Origin: Massalongia carnosa
Lineage: Eukaryota
Direction of reading: 5' to 3'
Length of the DNA: 64,000 bases
Assembly: GCA_965645245.1 (NCBI GenBank)
Contig: OZ287077.1
Span: 1,116,001 to 1,180,000, forward strand
Under the pieces are notes generated by a model. It searched no databases and was not told where the DNA came from. It saw only the letters and a program-made list of their open reading frames with translations. Of the stretch, positions 11,975 through 27,904 are shown in pieces (positions within the stretch are counted from its first letter, which is position 1; each line of letters begins with the position of its first letter). The translations under genes were made by a program, and so were the position numbers.

Positions 11975-12319
11975 GTCTTGGGTTTCTAATTTTAACCCCC
12001 CAATGGCGGCCAAAATTCGTTACAGTACTAACAAGTACCTTACACAGTGGCTTTAAAAGGTACTTGCCCATATGAGACAGAAGTTTAACGTAAGTTTAAG
12101 TCTGTGTTGATTATTTAGCTCCTATCATATATTGCATGGCTTATGATTATACAAAATTTTCATGCTAATACCGAAGACGTTTTATACGTCACCTGCGGAA
12201 AATCTTCCGAGTCTTTTCATCTTTCTTCTGAAGCCTACCTCCATCCACGTCTCGGTGTTGCTCATCAAGACGGCTGAAGCTGACTTGATGCTCATAGGAA
12301 GTGAGTACGAGGGCCTAAA

Positions 12320-13255
12320 CTATAATTTGTCACCGTGGTACCTTCCAGGCCCTTGAAACTCTTCTAGCTTCTTGTCGTTCCAACTAGTGGTCATTTAGTC
12401 ATAGAATCTCTAGCGGAGGGGTGAAAGCTTACCTTAGGAACTCCCCACTCAGCTCTCTTGGACCATCCAAGACTAACTTTGCTATGACGTGGCCTGGCTG
12501 CTCTGGTTTGAGCAGCCCGCCGGTTTTATGCAACTCATAAAACCTTGCGCTTTCTTTCTCTTGCATTCCTGAGGCATGAACGTCGCGCAGTTCTTGTTGC
12601 ATCTGCGTATCAACAACGCCGGGCCTGATAGCAATACTCGTCACGCTAGCCTCTTCAATAGACAGCGTTTTTGTAAGGTGATTCAATGCAGCCTTCGAAG
12701 CACCGTACGCTCCCCAGCTGCCATAACCAGTGACTGCGGCCCCGGATGAGGTGAAGAGGATGCGACCTTTGCTGTGTCGAAGGAATGGGAGAGCAGCCTT
12801 GGCCTACAAGCTGTAAGCCAAGGTAGTTGATGACCTCGTATCTTTTGCTTACGAAGGCAACGGCGCTAAAGAAATTGACATCAAAGTTTTCTTTCCAAGC
12901 TCCAAGGTCACAGTTTCCTATGGTGGTAACGGGGGGTAACACTCCATGGTTGAGGACAAGACCATCTAGCCGACCGAATTCTTTGATCGCCACATCCACA
13001 GCTTTTTGCGGGAGGGAGAGATCTGCCATATCTCCAACAACCACTCGAGCTGTTTTAGTATAACTTGATTGAATCCTATCCAGTGCTTCCTTGCCTCGCG
13101 CAAGTATCACGACATGGTGAGAATGGTCAAGGAGATATTGAGCAATTGCTAGGCCAATACCTAGTGGAGTTGATAAGTGAGACTATATTTCAACTGATGT
13201 TTTGCATGCTATTACCTCTTGATGCTCCAGTCACAATCACAGTCTTGGCTGTCAT
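12320..13255 (-). CDS. Short-chain dehydrogenase/reductase (YIR035C/sepiapterin-reductase-like)
   Basis: MTAKTVIVTGASRGIG Rossmann motif, LVLNHG, YGASKAA catalytic YxxxK, IRPGVVDTQMQ; 4 exons. Confidence 0.9.
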
Positions 13256-13685
13256 AGTTTGATATTTTTTCCCAAGAGCAATCACCAAAAAAGATTGAGA
13301 TAGAAATGGAAAGAAGAGGCGAAAAGCGGTTTGAATTCTCCGTCATCGGATCGGGACTTGCCAAGGTGGGGGTAGTGAATCTACAAAGTTCATAATTCAG
13401 ACAAGATATTCAACTCCGATCATTTGTTACGTAACCTGTGGCGGTATGTAAAAGGGTTTGTATCTTTCGTGACATGTATCAGCGGTCAATACCGAATGTG
13501 GGATTTCCTGGCCCTCAAACACCCCATTTCTTTCCCAAAGGACGACGTTCGCCTCACCAGAGCATTTACTTCTGTCTCCAATTGCGCAAGCATTTTCTTG
13601 CTCAGGGCTGGCCAACGTCATCGAAGCAAATCAAGCCATCTACTGAACCGGAATCGTAAATCTAGATTGGAAGCTGCTGGCTGAC

Positions 13686-15189
13686 TCACAACCCCGGACA
13701 TCCAGCGCCACACCCAGTCGGGCGCCGCGGATCGTACTTCTCCCCCTCGTCCTCACTCTCGCTCTCACTCTCACCCCCGCTCTCCCCCAGCCCCTCCACC
13801 ACCTCCTTCACCACTTCCACCTTCCCCGCACCAATACCACCAGCAACCTTCGCCTCCTCGGCCCCCCCCTCCCCCTCCCCATCCTCCCCCCCATTCTTCC
13901 CACCCCCATCCCCATCCCCATCCGCCAACACAAACGCGTTCCGAAACCCCCCCTTCCTGAACCCCCCTCCTCCAGGAGCGCCGGCGGTGCCAACGGCCGG
14001 ATCGGGCTTCTTGAGAGTGATGACCTGCACGAGGCCGGATTTCTCGTCGGCGCGACGTTCGGCACGGAGAGCCTTGGCGCGCAGGAGCGGGTCGCGTTGC
14101 ATTTGTTTCATTTCTTTGAGGCGCTGTGGTGTTTTGGCCGGGGGGGAGTTGGGGATTTAGTAAAGGGAGGGAATGGGTAGAAGGAAAATTAAAAAATTAA
14201 AAAAAGGGGGGGGGTTGCGAGTGGGTGGATGGGAATGGAGAATGTGAGAGATGGGGTCAGTGCTAGGAAAAGGAAAGAAAATGTAATACAGTGCAATGCA
14301 AATGAAAAAGGAGTGTCTTCATCAATCATTCCCCATACTCCCCATCATCTAAATAAAACCAAGCCAAGCCAAGCCAAAGCGACAAAAGCAGAAAACCAAA
14401 AAACACACCTTCTTATGTAAATGATCATAACTCGCCTCGTGCGCCTCGAACTCATTCATGCGCGAATACCCCTTGCTGCACAGGTCGCAGTGAAACGACT
14501 TCCGCGCTTCGCGGGCTGATTCAGTCTTTTTGGGGGGGGGGATATTATGTTAGTTAAGGTTCTTTGTTTTTTGGGAAGGGGGAGGATATTATGTTAGTTA
14601 AGGTTCTTTGTTTTTTGGGAAGGGGGAGGGGGGTTGAAGGAAGATAAGATGGGATGGAAATGGAGAGAAAGAGGAATTTGGGTGGTGTCTAGGAAAGAAG
14701 GATGAGAGGAGGAGAAGTGAGAGTGGATGGATGGATGTGTGAGGAGTGGAGATTTTCGGGGGGGGGTGGTAGGGAAGGGGTGTGTCTGTATGTATGGAGA
14801 GAGTCTGGTACTGAAAGAATAGGAAATGACAGGAAGAAACTTCTGGAGAGGAGGATGGATGGATGGATGGACAAACGGGAAGAAGAGACAACTGGCGGGT
14901 TGAGGAGAGTAGCGGCGTAGCAGTAGGAGGTCATCACCACTACCACCATAACCACCAGAATGGCGGTCCTCGTCCATGTAAACCCCACAGTTCCACATCT
15001 TATGCCAACGAAAAACCTCTCCCCCCTTTCCTTTCTATCCCCGTACAGAAAAGATTCCAAAAAAAAAACCAAACCTTCTGGTGAAGAAAATTCAGCCCCT
15101 AAAAAAAAGGTCTTGAAATTATCAGGAAAGGGAATCTTATAAACCAACCTTCGGCGCCGGGTTCGTGAAGCCCCGCTATATTCCGCCAT
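13686..15189 (-). CDS. U1/matrin-type C2H2 zinc-finger protein (5' exon uncertain)
   Basis: Exon 14525-14409 TESAREARKSFHCDLCSKGYSRMNEFEAHEASYDHLHKK; exon 14123-13686 RLKEMKQMQRDP...GGFRKGGFRNAF...YDPRRPTGC; putative exon 1 from ATG 15189. Confidence 0.75.
14541..14628. repeat. Perfect 44-bp tandem duplication inside an intron
   Basis: gatattatgttagttaaggttctttgttttttgggaagggggag at 14541-14584 and 14585-14628. Confidence 0.95.
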
Positions 15190-16708
15190 CAGTTGTTGGT
15201 TAGCTCTCTGTTTCCTTTCCTGTTCTCACTCACCCTCTGTCTCCGGTCCACTCAAAAACGAGACCAGACAACGTAGAAAGAATAAAAAAACCAGCATCCC
15301 GAATCGAGTCGCGAAAGTCGCGAAAACTCGATAGGATAGAAATGCTAGACAGATATGTACATAAAACAGCTATATAATGTAGATATAGATATCTCTAATA
15401 CGAAAGGGACAGTTTAACGTACTGGTGGCATGGCTTCTCCGCTTCTTCCTCTCTCTAATTATCTCCCTTTCCTCTCTTCCCACTCGTTCTTTCCTTCCGT
15501 TGAACGAGAAAAAAAGGCGCGCCCCCCCCCCCCGAAAAAGCTGCGGAAGGAAACGGTAAGAAGAGTCGATACCTCGGAATGGCGAGAGCCGGGGGGTTTG
15601 GCAGGGGAACGTGCACGAGGAGAGGTAGGAAAGCTAGATAGATAGTTAGGTAGCCAACTATAGAGAAGGTCAGGAACCGGAGATAGAAGGACGAGGATGA
15701 TACTGGAGGACTGTTGTTGTTGTTGATTATTTTTATTGTGTTGAATTCCTGTTTAGTTTATTTGTGAGAGGAATGGGGTGTGAGGCAATTAGATTGCTGT
15801 GTATAGATAGATGCTTATCGCTATTATTGTTAATTTGTTAAAAACCCAATTAAAATTTTTAAAATTTTTAAAAAAGCCCCGCCCGCCAAGACTTTCCGCT
15901 CCATTCTTCTCCACCTTCATTAACCAACTTCTTCCCCATCCCCCTCCCCCTCCCCCACAAACCGCGAAACCCCGAAATCCCACCCAGTATATCGTGATAC
16001 ACCCCTATACGCCCATCGGAACCGATCTAATAAAGAAGGAAAAGGAAACCCGGGAAGGTTCCGTGTGTGCATGCAAGCATGGATGGATGAATGGACAGAT
16101 GGACGGTATGTATCATGCGAAAAAACAACCTGATAGGCAAAAAGGGGGATCAACAAAAAATTGGAAGTCATCATTATACATAAAAGAAAAGGTGCAGTCC
16201 GCACCCCTCCCGCCCGGTTTTCTCCCCGGAACCGGGCACGACTCCTCCCACTTCCCTGGACATTTTCCCGCGAAACACCCCCCCCCCCGATCTAGATACC
16301 CGCCCCTCAATTTCACTCATTACCTGAAGCCTAGGGGTTCCCAGGTCCAGGTTGGAGGGATTGTCTCCTTCCTCTTCTCCCTCTTCCATCACATACACGC
16401 AGAAAATGCATGAGAGAGAACCATGTACGGTCTAAAAAGAGTCGTGGGAAATCTCCATGTACCAGCATTCCCATCTCCCCCCCCTCCCCCCCAAACACCT
16501 CCGTTCCATCCGTCCAGCCAGCCACATGGTCAGCCATCCGAAATCCATGGCCTCAGCCCCCGCCTGTCCGAAAAACCAATCCATCCATAATCACGTAAGC
16601 GACGAGGTGCTGCTAGCCTTGACTTACCAGGTGCAAGCCCAGCACGCTAATGGTCCGTTGGAGCCATCATCCCGATGGTAGGCGAAGGCAATCTGTAAAT
16701 CGCCGAAC

Positions 16709-18745
<2,037 letters not shown>

Positions 18746-20381
18746 GATAAGATCCCCGAGGCAGTTCGGGGAACGGTGGTGCGGTGGGGAATTGCACTGA
18801 GATGCGCGACGTTGGGGTTGGATAAGGCGTAGATCAAGCAAAGTGAGAGCTGATGCAGATAATCTATTTTCAATGGGTCTCGGCAAGATTCAACAAGTGA
18901 TGGTCATAAAGTGTGATGAATATCCGATCAGATCAGGTCAGATCAGAGTGCTAAGAACACCCGCTTAGGGTCTAGACGTCGAGGAGGCACTGGCGCTCTC
19001 GGCAATAGGGGGTAAAACCAGGGCAGTGCTGCGTTCCTGTTTGCGATGCAAAGCCTGGTTGCCGAGACGGCACTCAGTTACAAGTAAAACATTGTCAATT
19101 GAGTGCTGAAGATTGAATATCAAGATTATAAGAGCAACGATGATGCCATCACACAACACTTTAACGTGAACGATCGGAGGCGTGGCTGTATCCGAACTTG
19201 TGGGATTCGGCGAAGGCGGATGGGGAGTGAGGCGCCACGCCTTGGTTCGTGGGTGGAAAGCTGCCATCTGAGTGGCTGCGTCGACCTTCATCTAGAGCAT
19301 CTAACCACCTCCGTCTAACCCACTGCTTAAGGCGACATCTACTTGCCTGACGTGGTTGGTCTATACTTCGTCTTAACCTGGCTCCAACGAAATCCAGAGA
19401 TCATATAAGGCCAAAAGGTCCTCTTGAAGCATACTATAGCCACTAAGCGTTAAGCTGTTACACTCGAGACATCTGCTGGAGATCCAACGCGCATACATTC
19501 CAATTTATATCTAACTTCGCTCATGTTCTAAAGCCTTTGCAGCTCTTCGCCGCCTTCTCCAGCCCCCCCTTTTTTGGGATTACCGAGAACCCAAATATCG
19601 CGCCATAACCACACTCATCTCATCCTTCATTTCAACCCATAAGTCCTCTTGCCAGCACGATATGGCCGAGAAAGGGAAACGAACGCGCAGAGTCGTCAGA
19701 TGAGGGCAACTCAGTCGTTACAAAACAAAATCCCGTAGCAAAAGTATTTAGGATATCTGCCTAGACCCGGATCACCATCGTTCTTTTGTAAAGCGCTTGC
19801 GTCTCCTCCCCAAAAGTAGATGGCTTCAAGAGCCCTTTCTAAATGCCTTTATGCGAAAATAACGCTGTGCATGACTGAGCCCACAACCGACTGAAACCCC
19901 TTCTCGCCGCTATGGAGACTGATCCAGCCCCACGACAAAACAAGCCTTAGCGAGCCATTATGGTTTATGAATACGTTGTTTTCTTTTTCTCACTGACCAT
20001 CTATGGCTTTTATATCCAACACCGTTCCATTCTTGTAATATTTTTTAAAGCGCTCATTAAGACTTGTCTAGCCTAGCCAGAGGATAGAGTCCCAAAATCA
20101 AACGAACCAAGGTCGTCTGGGGAGTTCGCGATGCAGGAAGGTAGCCTAGGATAAAAGAGAACAGTTGAGAGGTACAGGGGGTCATCCACGAAAGCCGTTC
20201 TGATAAGATACTCATCGTATAGGGGCCTTTCGGATAATATGGAATCCATTTTCTATTCAAAAACACAACGAGTTAAGCCTTCTATATTAGGGAAGAAAAG
20301 CGATGCCATCAAAACATACCATGCAAATGCTTATACCTGGTATTGATATACAGTCCTCTGGTTTCAGATACATTCGTGGCC

Positions 20382-22074
20382 CTACCGCCAAATATCTTCC
20401 ATTAACTTGGCAACCTCAAACAAACTCTCATCAGCCCCGTACTGCCCAATTATTTGCAGCCCCGTAGTCTTCACCCCACAATGCGGATCGTCACGATCGA
20501 GACCCTTGCAGTCAACCGGGACAGGAACAGTGATAGCCGGTAATCCTGCAAGACTAGACGGCACAGTGAATACGTCCTCAAGATACGTTTCCACAGCAGC
20601 GGCTCCAGCAACAGAGCTCAGCGTTGGTGGTAGAGACGGCGCCGTTGGGGTGATTATCACATCAACCCCCATCCTCTTGTGTTCCTGCTCATAATCCAGA
20701 AGCGGGTGGTGCGCGGCAAAGACGCGGTTGAAGTCCTGCTGCACCAGTCTTCGCACTTTCTGTGCTTTAAGAAAGTAGTTATTCATGGCTGCGGCGCTTA
20801 AGCTGAAAGATCCAAGTAAAATCCGTCTTCTCACTTCTTCTCCCAGTCCGTCGCCCCTAGTGGAGGAATAGAGCACGCTTTCGGTGGCTTGGCGATCGGA
20901 CAGTTTGCTGCCGTATCGTACACCGTCGTATTTAGCTAGATTTGAGGAGGCTTCTGCTGGGGCTAGAATGTAATATGCAGCCAACGCTGCTTGAGTAGTT
21001 GGCAGCGCTACGCTTATCAAATCGTTGTCATGTCGAAGACATACCAGTGTGTCTATCCATGCTTGTCGGACGATCGGATCGAGTTCTTTGATATTACACT
21101 CCTTGGGTACCCCAATCCGTAAACGTCTAGGTTTATCACCTCTTTTCTGCGCGTATTGCTTGCTAATTTTATGACGCGTATTTTCCGAGGCTGACGTAGG
21201 ATCGTTAACGTCATATCCCTGAATTACATCTGTGACAGACCTTAGAGACTGCCAAAGCTAGCTCGGGCAATTCTTACTGTATATCTGCTGCGCTCGTTGG
21301 CTGCTTTCAGCGAGCACGCCTACAGTGTCCAAGGAATTTGCGTAGGCAATGACGCCATATCGAGACACAAGGCCATAGGATGGCTTGAAGCCTACAACGC
21401 CGGTATAGGCTGCTGGAAGACGTACAGATCCACCCGTATCGGTCCCTAAAGCCCTATTCACTTATTTAGAAGGGCACCAAGGCAATCTTTTCGATATCGA
21501 CTCACGCGTAACATTGGCCGGTAGCAACTGCCACAGCACTGCCACCAGAACTCCCTCCAGCAGAGAATGGATCATTAGGGTCCCCCAGATGACTTTTCAC
21601 TTTTCCGTGAATTGAATGAATCGAGTGAGATCTACGTTAAGTTATGAGTTGTAATCATCTCCTCGTGGTTTTATCAATAACAAACCCCATGCCAAACTCA
21701 TCAAGGTTGGTCTTTCCATGGATCAAGGCCCCAGCAGCTTCAAGCTTTCGCACCACTGTTGCGGTATAGGGGCTGGCATAATCTTTCAAAATCCTTGAGG
21801 CGCATGTTGTTGGCTCGCCTTGGGTACAGATATTGTCCTTAATCGCGATCAAACATCCATCTATGGTAGAATGTGGATTGCCTGCGCAATTATCAGAAAT
21901 CAAGAAATGTCTTTAAACGTCTAGTGACGTCTTACCGTTTACGACTCGCTCATCTGCTTGTTTTATCTTAGCGTCTAACTTCTTAGAATTCTCTGCATAG
22001 CTAACAAAGGCATTTAAGGCTTGATAAGTTCGTTGATTAGCGAAGATTTCTCGAGCTTGCGTCCTCAGCGACAT
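20382..22074 (-). CDS. HER2: Mitochondrial glutamyl-tRNA(Gln) amidotransferase subunit A (amidase signature)
   Basis: [71 protein letters not shown]. Confidence 0.93.
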
Positions 22075-22469
22075 ATGCGACGTCAATAAATGCGTTCCCC
22101 GGGGTTTTCTAGGATTCTAGGTCAAATCGCCTTTTCAGATCGTGGTAGTTAATGCATCTTAGCGTCTTATGACTTCAGCTCTGATATACAACAAAAGTTG
22201 CAGAAGTGAACATTTCATTGTCAAGCCTTTAGGATTTAACTTTAGAATAGCAACAAAAACGTAAATGTCCTTAACAAATGTAAACGGGGGAGAGGTGTTT
22301 TATATTCAAGCTCCTTAGTACAAGGTATGTATTGATACTAGGAATACTGCAAAAGGCTAAGAAAGGTGGTATCGAACGTGTCAATCTTCGCTATTTTGCC
22401 GATAAATCCTTTCTCGATTTTCTCAAAATCCCTCAAAATACGGGAGTGCTCCATTGCCCCATCTATGCC

Positions 22470-24421
22470 TTAGCATTCCCCGTTCCAAAACTCCTTGACC
22501 CACTCCGCAATCAGCGTTGTCATGCTGGACCCTTTCATATATGTGTCAGTATCTCTGTCACGATAGGCAGTTCCTAGGAACTCCAAGGCTACCAAAATAA
22601 ATGGCTGGATGAATTCATTATACACAAGGTCAACATTACCGGGATCGTCTGATTCTGACAGGAAATTTGCTGGTACATTGACCGTTGGCGTGGTAGATGG
22701 GAAACGTATGCGTGATTCTATGCAATTAGGCACCCGGTAAAACTTGATGTGGGAATGTACGGTATCATCGCCGTCTGTGCCTCCATCATCGATTGTTGTA
22801 TACCCAGGTGATAGACTAGGGCCATCTTCCTGAAGTAAAGCTTGAATTTGGCTACCTTTAACCAGACGGTCAAAGACGTCACCTGCGTGCTGGGCTCGCA
22901 ATTGTTCAGCCGACACCGGCAACTTTGCTTGGATAGCGTCTATTTGGTTTTCTAAAGGAGGCACATCACTATTAAGAATGACGAGCAATTTTTTGGCGAT
23001 GCTAAAGGGGACATCTTTGATGTACCGAAAGCCGCTGGTAAAGGGAGATATTGTATAGGTGGTGTCAATAGTAAAGGCACCTTCAAAAATATCAAACCGC
23101 AAAGCACCCGTGTTGGCCAACACCAGCGTTGGTTTGTTTCCACGAGCGGTATCGTGTATCATGTCTGGAAAAACACGGGTCTGTAGCCATGTAAAGATGC
23201 TGTCGTTGCTAGGGAAAGGAGCACGGTTCGTCCATAAATTTACTGGGGCGCAGCCAAAGCGATCATCAAGTTTGAGGGCTTTGCGAGCGGCAGCAATCAG
23301 GTTGGAGACATTTCGCCCATGCACCGTAGAGAAAGTTGTGCTATTGAGAGACGTGTGATGATAGTATGAGAATAAATTGTTGTCGATGTAGCGTCGCGCA
23401 AAAGTAGGCGAGGCTCGAAGCGCAGCTGCACCGGGTTTGTAAGGTCTTCGACTCTGAATATCATCGAGTCTTCCTCCCGTAACAAGCCATTTAATAGATA
23501 AGAAGCCGATTGTCTCCATATAGCGCCCACTTTCTAATGCTGAAGCCTTAGAGTCATATTTAACATAATCACGAATATGTGTATGGCCCCCAAAGAATTG
23601 AATTGGCGTGTCCCACTGTACATCTCGAATTGCCTTGAATATTGCCTTGAACGCTTCACCTCGAAGGGGAACATGACCTATTATCAAGAACAGGTCAATA
23701 TCTCTGTCACGTATAGCTTGTTGGAACCACTCCTCCTGAACGGTTTTCTCCACAGGCTGTACAAAAGTGTTATTCGAGTTTTGTCGGAAGTTGTAAAGAA
23801 AGCCAAAAGCCAAGATACGGATACCTTGATTCTGAGTTGTAAACTTCTTGAACCTTGGCGCCAATGGGACCTTGTCTCCTGATCTAGGATCGAAGATATC
23901 GATGTTCGAAGCCAGATAGTTTCCCCCAAAGTTTGGAACTGTTTTAAGGTACTCATTCTCTGAAGATTTTTGCTTGTATAGCTCGTGATTCCCAGAGCAG
24001 ATAAGATCAATCGTTTGTTCTTTGAATATCTCCGTAGTGAAAATGCCTTTAGGGTTTGATGCGTCGTAAAGCCCATTACCATCTATCCTATCCCCAGTAT
24101 CTATGAGCAAGAGATCAACTCCCTCGTCATTTGCCTTTTCCCGTAGTCGTTCCGCAAAGGAAATGTAATCCCCCCAGTCTGCACTGTAAGAAGGTCTTCA
24201 CCACAGGTCAGTCATAGTGAACGATGTTTCTTGAATAGACCTTACTCTTGAAGATGGCCAGCATGCCAGCCGTGGGTGTCTGTGGTGTGTAAGAAATTCA
24301 GCTGTCCCCAGGGTAGATCCCGTAAAGGTGCTTCCTTTGACGTAGGGGCAGAAGGCTGAGCTGCCCAAATCGCAATAGGAAGTCTTAGGATTAGAGAAGC
24401 ATAGGAAAATCGAGTAATCAT
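22470..24421 (-). CDS. Secreted/vacuolar calcineurin-like metallophosphoesterase (5'-nucleotidase family, YHR202W-like)
   Basis: Signal-peptide-like start; [45 protein letters not shown]. Confidence 0.9.
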
Positions 24422-24954
24422 TTTAAAGGCCGGCTGCTTCCTCTATCATTGAAGAAATTGCAGAGGGATGATCGTAACACGAAGATGTTGATTTGACTGC
24501 CTAAACGAAACATGCGAGGTACGGAGTACCTTAATAGGAGTAACTCATCACGTGGGCATAATGAGCACGAGGTTGAACAATTCGTTAGGTAATCATGAGT
24601 TTATGTAAAAATGATAAAGAATATGCGGGTAATTCAAGATATCTTGCTGAAGATGCGCGGTAAATCATGTTGTGGTTGAGGAATGTGAAACGCCGATGAG
24701 CGGAAGAAACACGATTTCACCCAACGGAGGCGATACTAACTTTGATTAGGACCAAAAACCTCCTTTAGAATTCCAGGCCCGAAGGAAGCTGAACGTTCAA
24801 TAGCAAGAGGATATCGAATATTTCTGTTTTATTTAAATAGAGAAATTACTGTCAAATATCTAAGATGCCAATTAAAGAGCGAGGAGAGCGACGATAACAA
24901 AGAAACAGTACCCAGAAAAATCAACGAAAACCCATCAATCATCCCCCGTAGCTT

Positions 24955-26912
24955 CTACCGATTCAGGTCACTCATCATCATCTCCTTCAATTTATGCTTC
25001 ATCGCCTTCCCGCTCGCATTTCTTGGAATCTCCTCTAAAATAACCACTCCCCCATCCAGAGCTTTATACTTGGCCAGCCGTCCCGCCAAGTATGCCTTGA
25101 TCTCATGCTCATCTACCAGCTTCCCTTCCACACTGGTTTCATCCAACGAATTCGGGCCTGTGGTGGTGTCATTTGCAACAATTGTAGCTGGTGGTGGTTT
25201 TCGAAGCACGACGTAGGCGCGGGGGACTTCCCCGGTGCCATCCGCAAGTGGGAGGCCAATGACGGCGGCGTTGGCGATTTGCGGGTGAGTCAGGAGGATA
25301 GCTTCCAGCTCGGCCGGCGAGACTTGCCATCCACGAACTTTCAAGAAATCCTAGGTCCGCATTAGAGGGAATGTGAATGTCTGGGACAAGTATAGGGGAC
25401 AACGGCAATACCTTTTTACGATCGATTACGTACCAGAGGCCTTCCCTGCGATATCCGACGTCGCCTGTTTTCAACCATCCGTCGAAGTCGATGGTAGCTG
25501 CTGTGGCTGTGGGATTATCGAGGTAACCTAGCATCATGCATGGTCCTTTGACGGTAATTTCCCCTTCCTTGTCATCTCCCTCGATAATGCTGCCATCGTC
25601 AGCGATCAACCTGAGAATTTCAACATTAGCAGCAAACTCTTTGCTTTCGAGACAAATACACTAACCTCATGCTCATGCCGGGGAACGTCCGTCCTACGCT
25701 GCCGCTAATATCTGACTGTGGCCAAAACAATGTTGTGGTCCAGCCTGTTTCCGTCATGCCCCATACCTGGGCAATCTTTGCTTCGGGTGAAAGAAGAGCC
25801 TGAAAATCTGCTTGGGTCGAGTACCGCAACGGCGAACCCCCAACCCAGATGTATCGAATTGAATCCAAAGCTTTCTTGTCTAACAAAGGCGACGTCAGAA
25901 TGGAGATCATCATGGTCGGCACCATGGGTAGCTCCGTGATCTTGAACTTTTTAATGGTGTCCAAGTACAGCTGCAAGTCGAATCGACGCATCATGTACAC
26001 CGAGTGCTGCTCTCGCAAAGCACAACCAGATATCAGCGGGACTGCAAAGTTATGGAAGGCCGGGAGACACATGAGGCGTGAGACCTTGAATTACATTAGA
26101 GAACGTGTTTTTACGGCTTGCTAGGAGATACTTGCCTCGTAAGGTTTGTTTGGTGGGCTGCGGATGTTGTGCACCTGGGCAACTGTAAAGTAGTGAGGAA
26201 TCATCGCAGCCTTGGGAAGCCCGGTAGTGCCGCTGGTGAACGCCAGTGCTGATACGGTAGTCCTGGCTTTCTTGGGATCATCAAAGGTGATCCAGTTGCT
26301 CTCGCCATATTGCAGCAAGTCCTCCCAGGATCGTAGGCCCTTGGCAGAGCCGTGATCAACTGTGTCAAATACAAAGATTCTCGACGCGGGTATCTCGCAT
26401 TCACTTGCAGCTATCAGAACAGTGGAAAGCATACGAGGCTCGCTGATAAGAAATTTGGCCTTTGAAGTCCGTACATGTTGGTTCAGCTCATATGGTAAAT
26501 AGGATGGGTTTGAGCCAGTCCACCGTCCTCCAGCACCAATGACACCCAAGCATAGAAGAGGATAGTATATCTGTTTCCATTCAGTTTCTGCAACGCAGCC
26601 TTACCCAAGACATGATTGAATTCTCGAGCACCCTTACGTCGTTGAAGGAGTGGATACAAACGCAATCATCAAGCTCTAGCCCTTGGGCCCTAAATCCTGC
26701 CACGAGCTTCCTGACTGTTGTGAGGGCCGTTCTTGGGGTGATGAAACGAGAGGGATCATTGACGTCTATAAGAATCTAAGATACCGTCAGTTAAGCGTAT
26801 CTAACATACACGCACCTAATGGAAGCTTTACAGGCTTGTCCTGGTCTCCTCCCGTGTTTTGGAATGCAAAAGAGACGACATCAATGTCGGGAGCTCCATA
26901 TTTTAGTACCAT
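24955..26912 (-). CDS. 4-coumarate-CoA-ligase-like adenylate-forming enzyme (AfeA-like)
   Basis: FTSGTTGLPKAA AMP-binding motif, QVWGMTE, GWLKTGDVG, KVRGWQVSPAELE, IPRNASGK; multi-exon with one GC-AG intron; no C-terminal PTS1. Confidence 0.9.
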
Positions 26913-27849
26913 AGTTGCCAGCTGCGCGTCCGCTCATGTAGAAGGAGTACCTCCGGACGCGCAAGTTGAATTGGAAAGGGCTACAAACCAAAAGATGATG
27001 CAGCGGCGACGGTTTGATAGCCGCCATTTAGGCATTATGGCTGCTAGGCAGACTGTACACCCGAGTAAAGGAGGCGCTCAAACTTGCTTTGATACGGAGG
27101 CGCCCTGACTGATGTCTCGAGCTGCTTGGAGGCACAGTATGAACCCATAATTGAGGTCTCAATTATTGGATTTTCCCTCATACCTTCCAAGGCGATAGAA
27201 CACATAGGTTAGCTTTAATCACAGACGATATTGATTGACGATCAGCTAACATTCCAGTTCTGTCGGTTCTCTAGTTCGTCGTCGTCCTACACCGCTACAA
27301 GTTGTGCTCATCTCTCTTCTCTGTAATCTGAAATGCACCAGCTTCACATTTCCGGATTCCCATCATCCGTACACCCCTGCTCTGTACTCGGCTCCTCTCC
27401 CACCAAATTCGAGCAGCGTCTCGGTGTTCCTAGCTTCGATGTTCTCCCGTGGAGCCGCTAAGCCGGGTCGATGCTCGCTTTTTCTGAGAACCGCTCCAAT
27501 AGGATGCAATCATGGGGCGATCATGACATAGCTCGGGGCGGCCAGTGATCGAGACTGCCTGGCGTGATCATTTGCCAGTCTTATCTAAGTATACATACTA
27601 GGTATGCAAATATCCCACTTCTTCCTTGGCGGAATTGTGGCTCGTCCAGCGTCTAGAAAGATTAGAAATTCGCTTCCACATTTTTCTAACCTGGAAGGTT
27701 GGGTAAGACCATGGCGGAATGTTCCTCGGTTAACTAGGCGTAAGCGAAGCATGTGGGGAGTTATGTACTCTATACGGAGGAACCTACTTTGAGACTAGCT
27801 TATGCGGGACTTTCGGCGCAAATATAGCCGAGGGATCCTAACGCATGAG

Positions 27850-27904
27850 CCTTGAACCTTGAACCCTGAAAACCCTGAACCCTGAGGCCTTAATCCTTAA
27901 TCCC
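27850..27904. repeat. Degenerate heptamer repeat (ccttgaa/ccctgaa/ccttaat)
   Basis: ccttgaa ccttgaa ccctgaaaa ccctgaa ccctgagg ccttaat ccttaat ccc. Confidence 0.6.

Larger units (their letters stand above)
11575..12047 (+). ncRNA. Spliced, apparently non-coding snoRNA host transcript (two snoRNA-bearing introns; transcript ends unknown)
   Basis: Intron 11575-11782 (GTAAGC...GCTGAC...TAG) and intron 11851-12047 (GTAAGG...TACTAAC...CAG); joined exons show only short ORFs; divergent from NCB2. Confidence 0.75.

Noticed and set aside
15811..16413. 200-aa ORF and other ORFs in 14.6-16.7 kb and 28-29.6 kb
   Set aside because: Low-complexity homopolymer or microsatellite DNA with no protein-like motifs.
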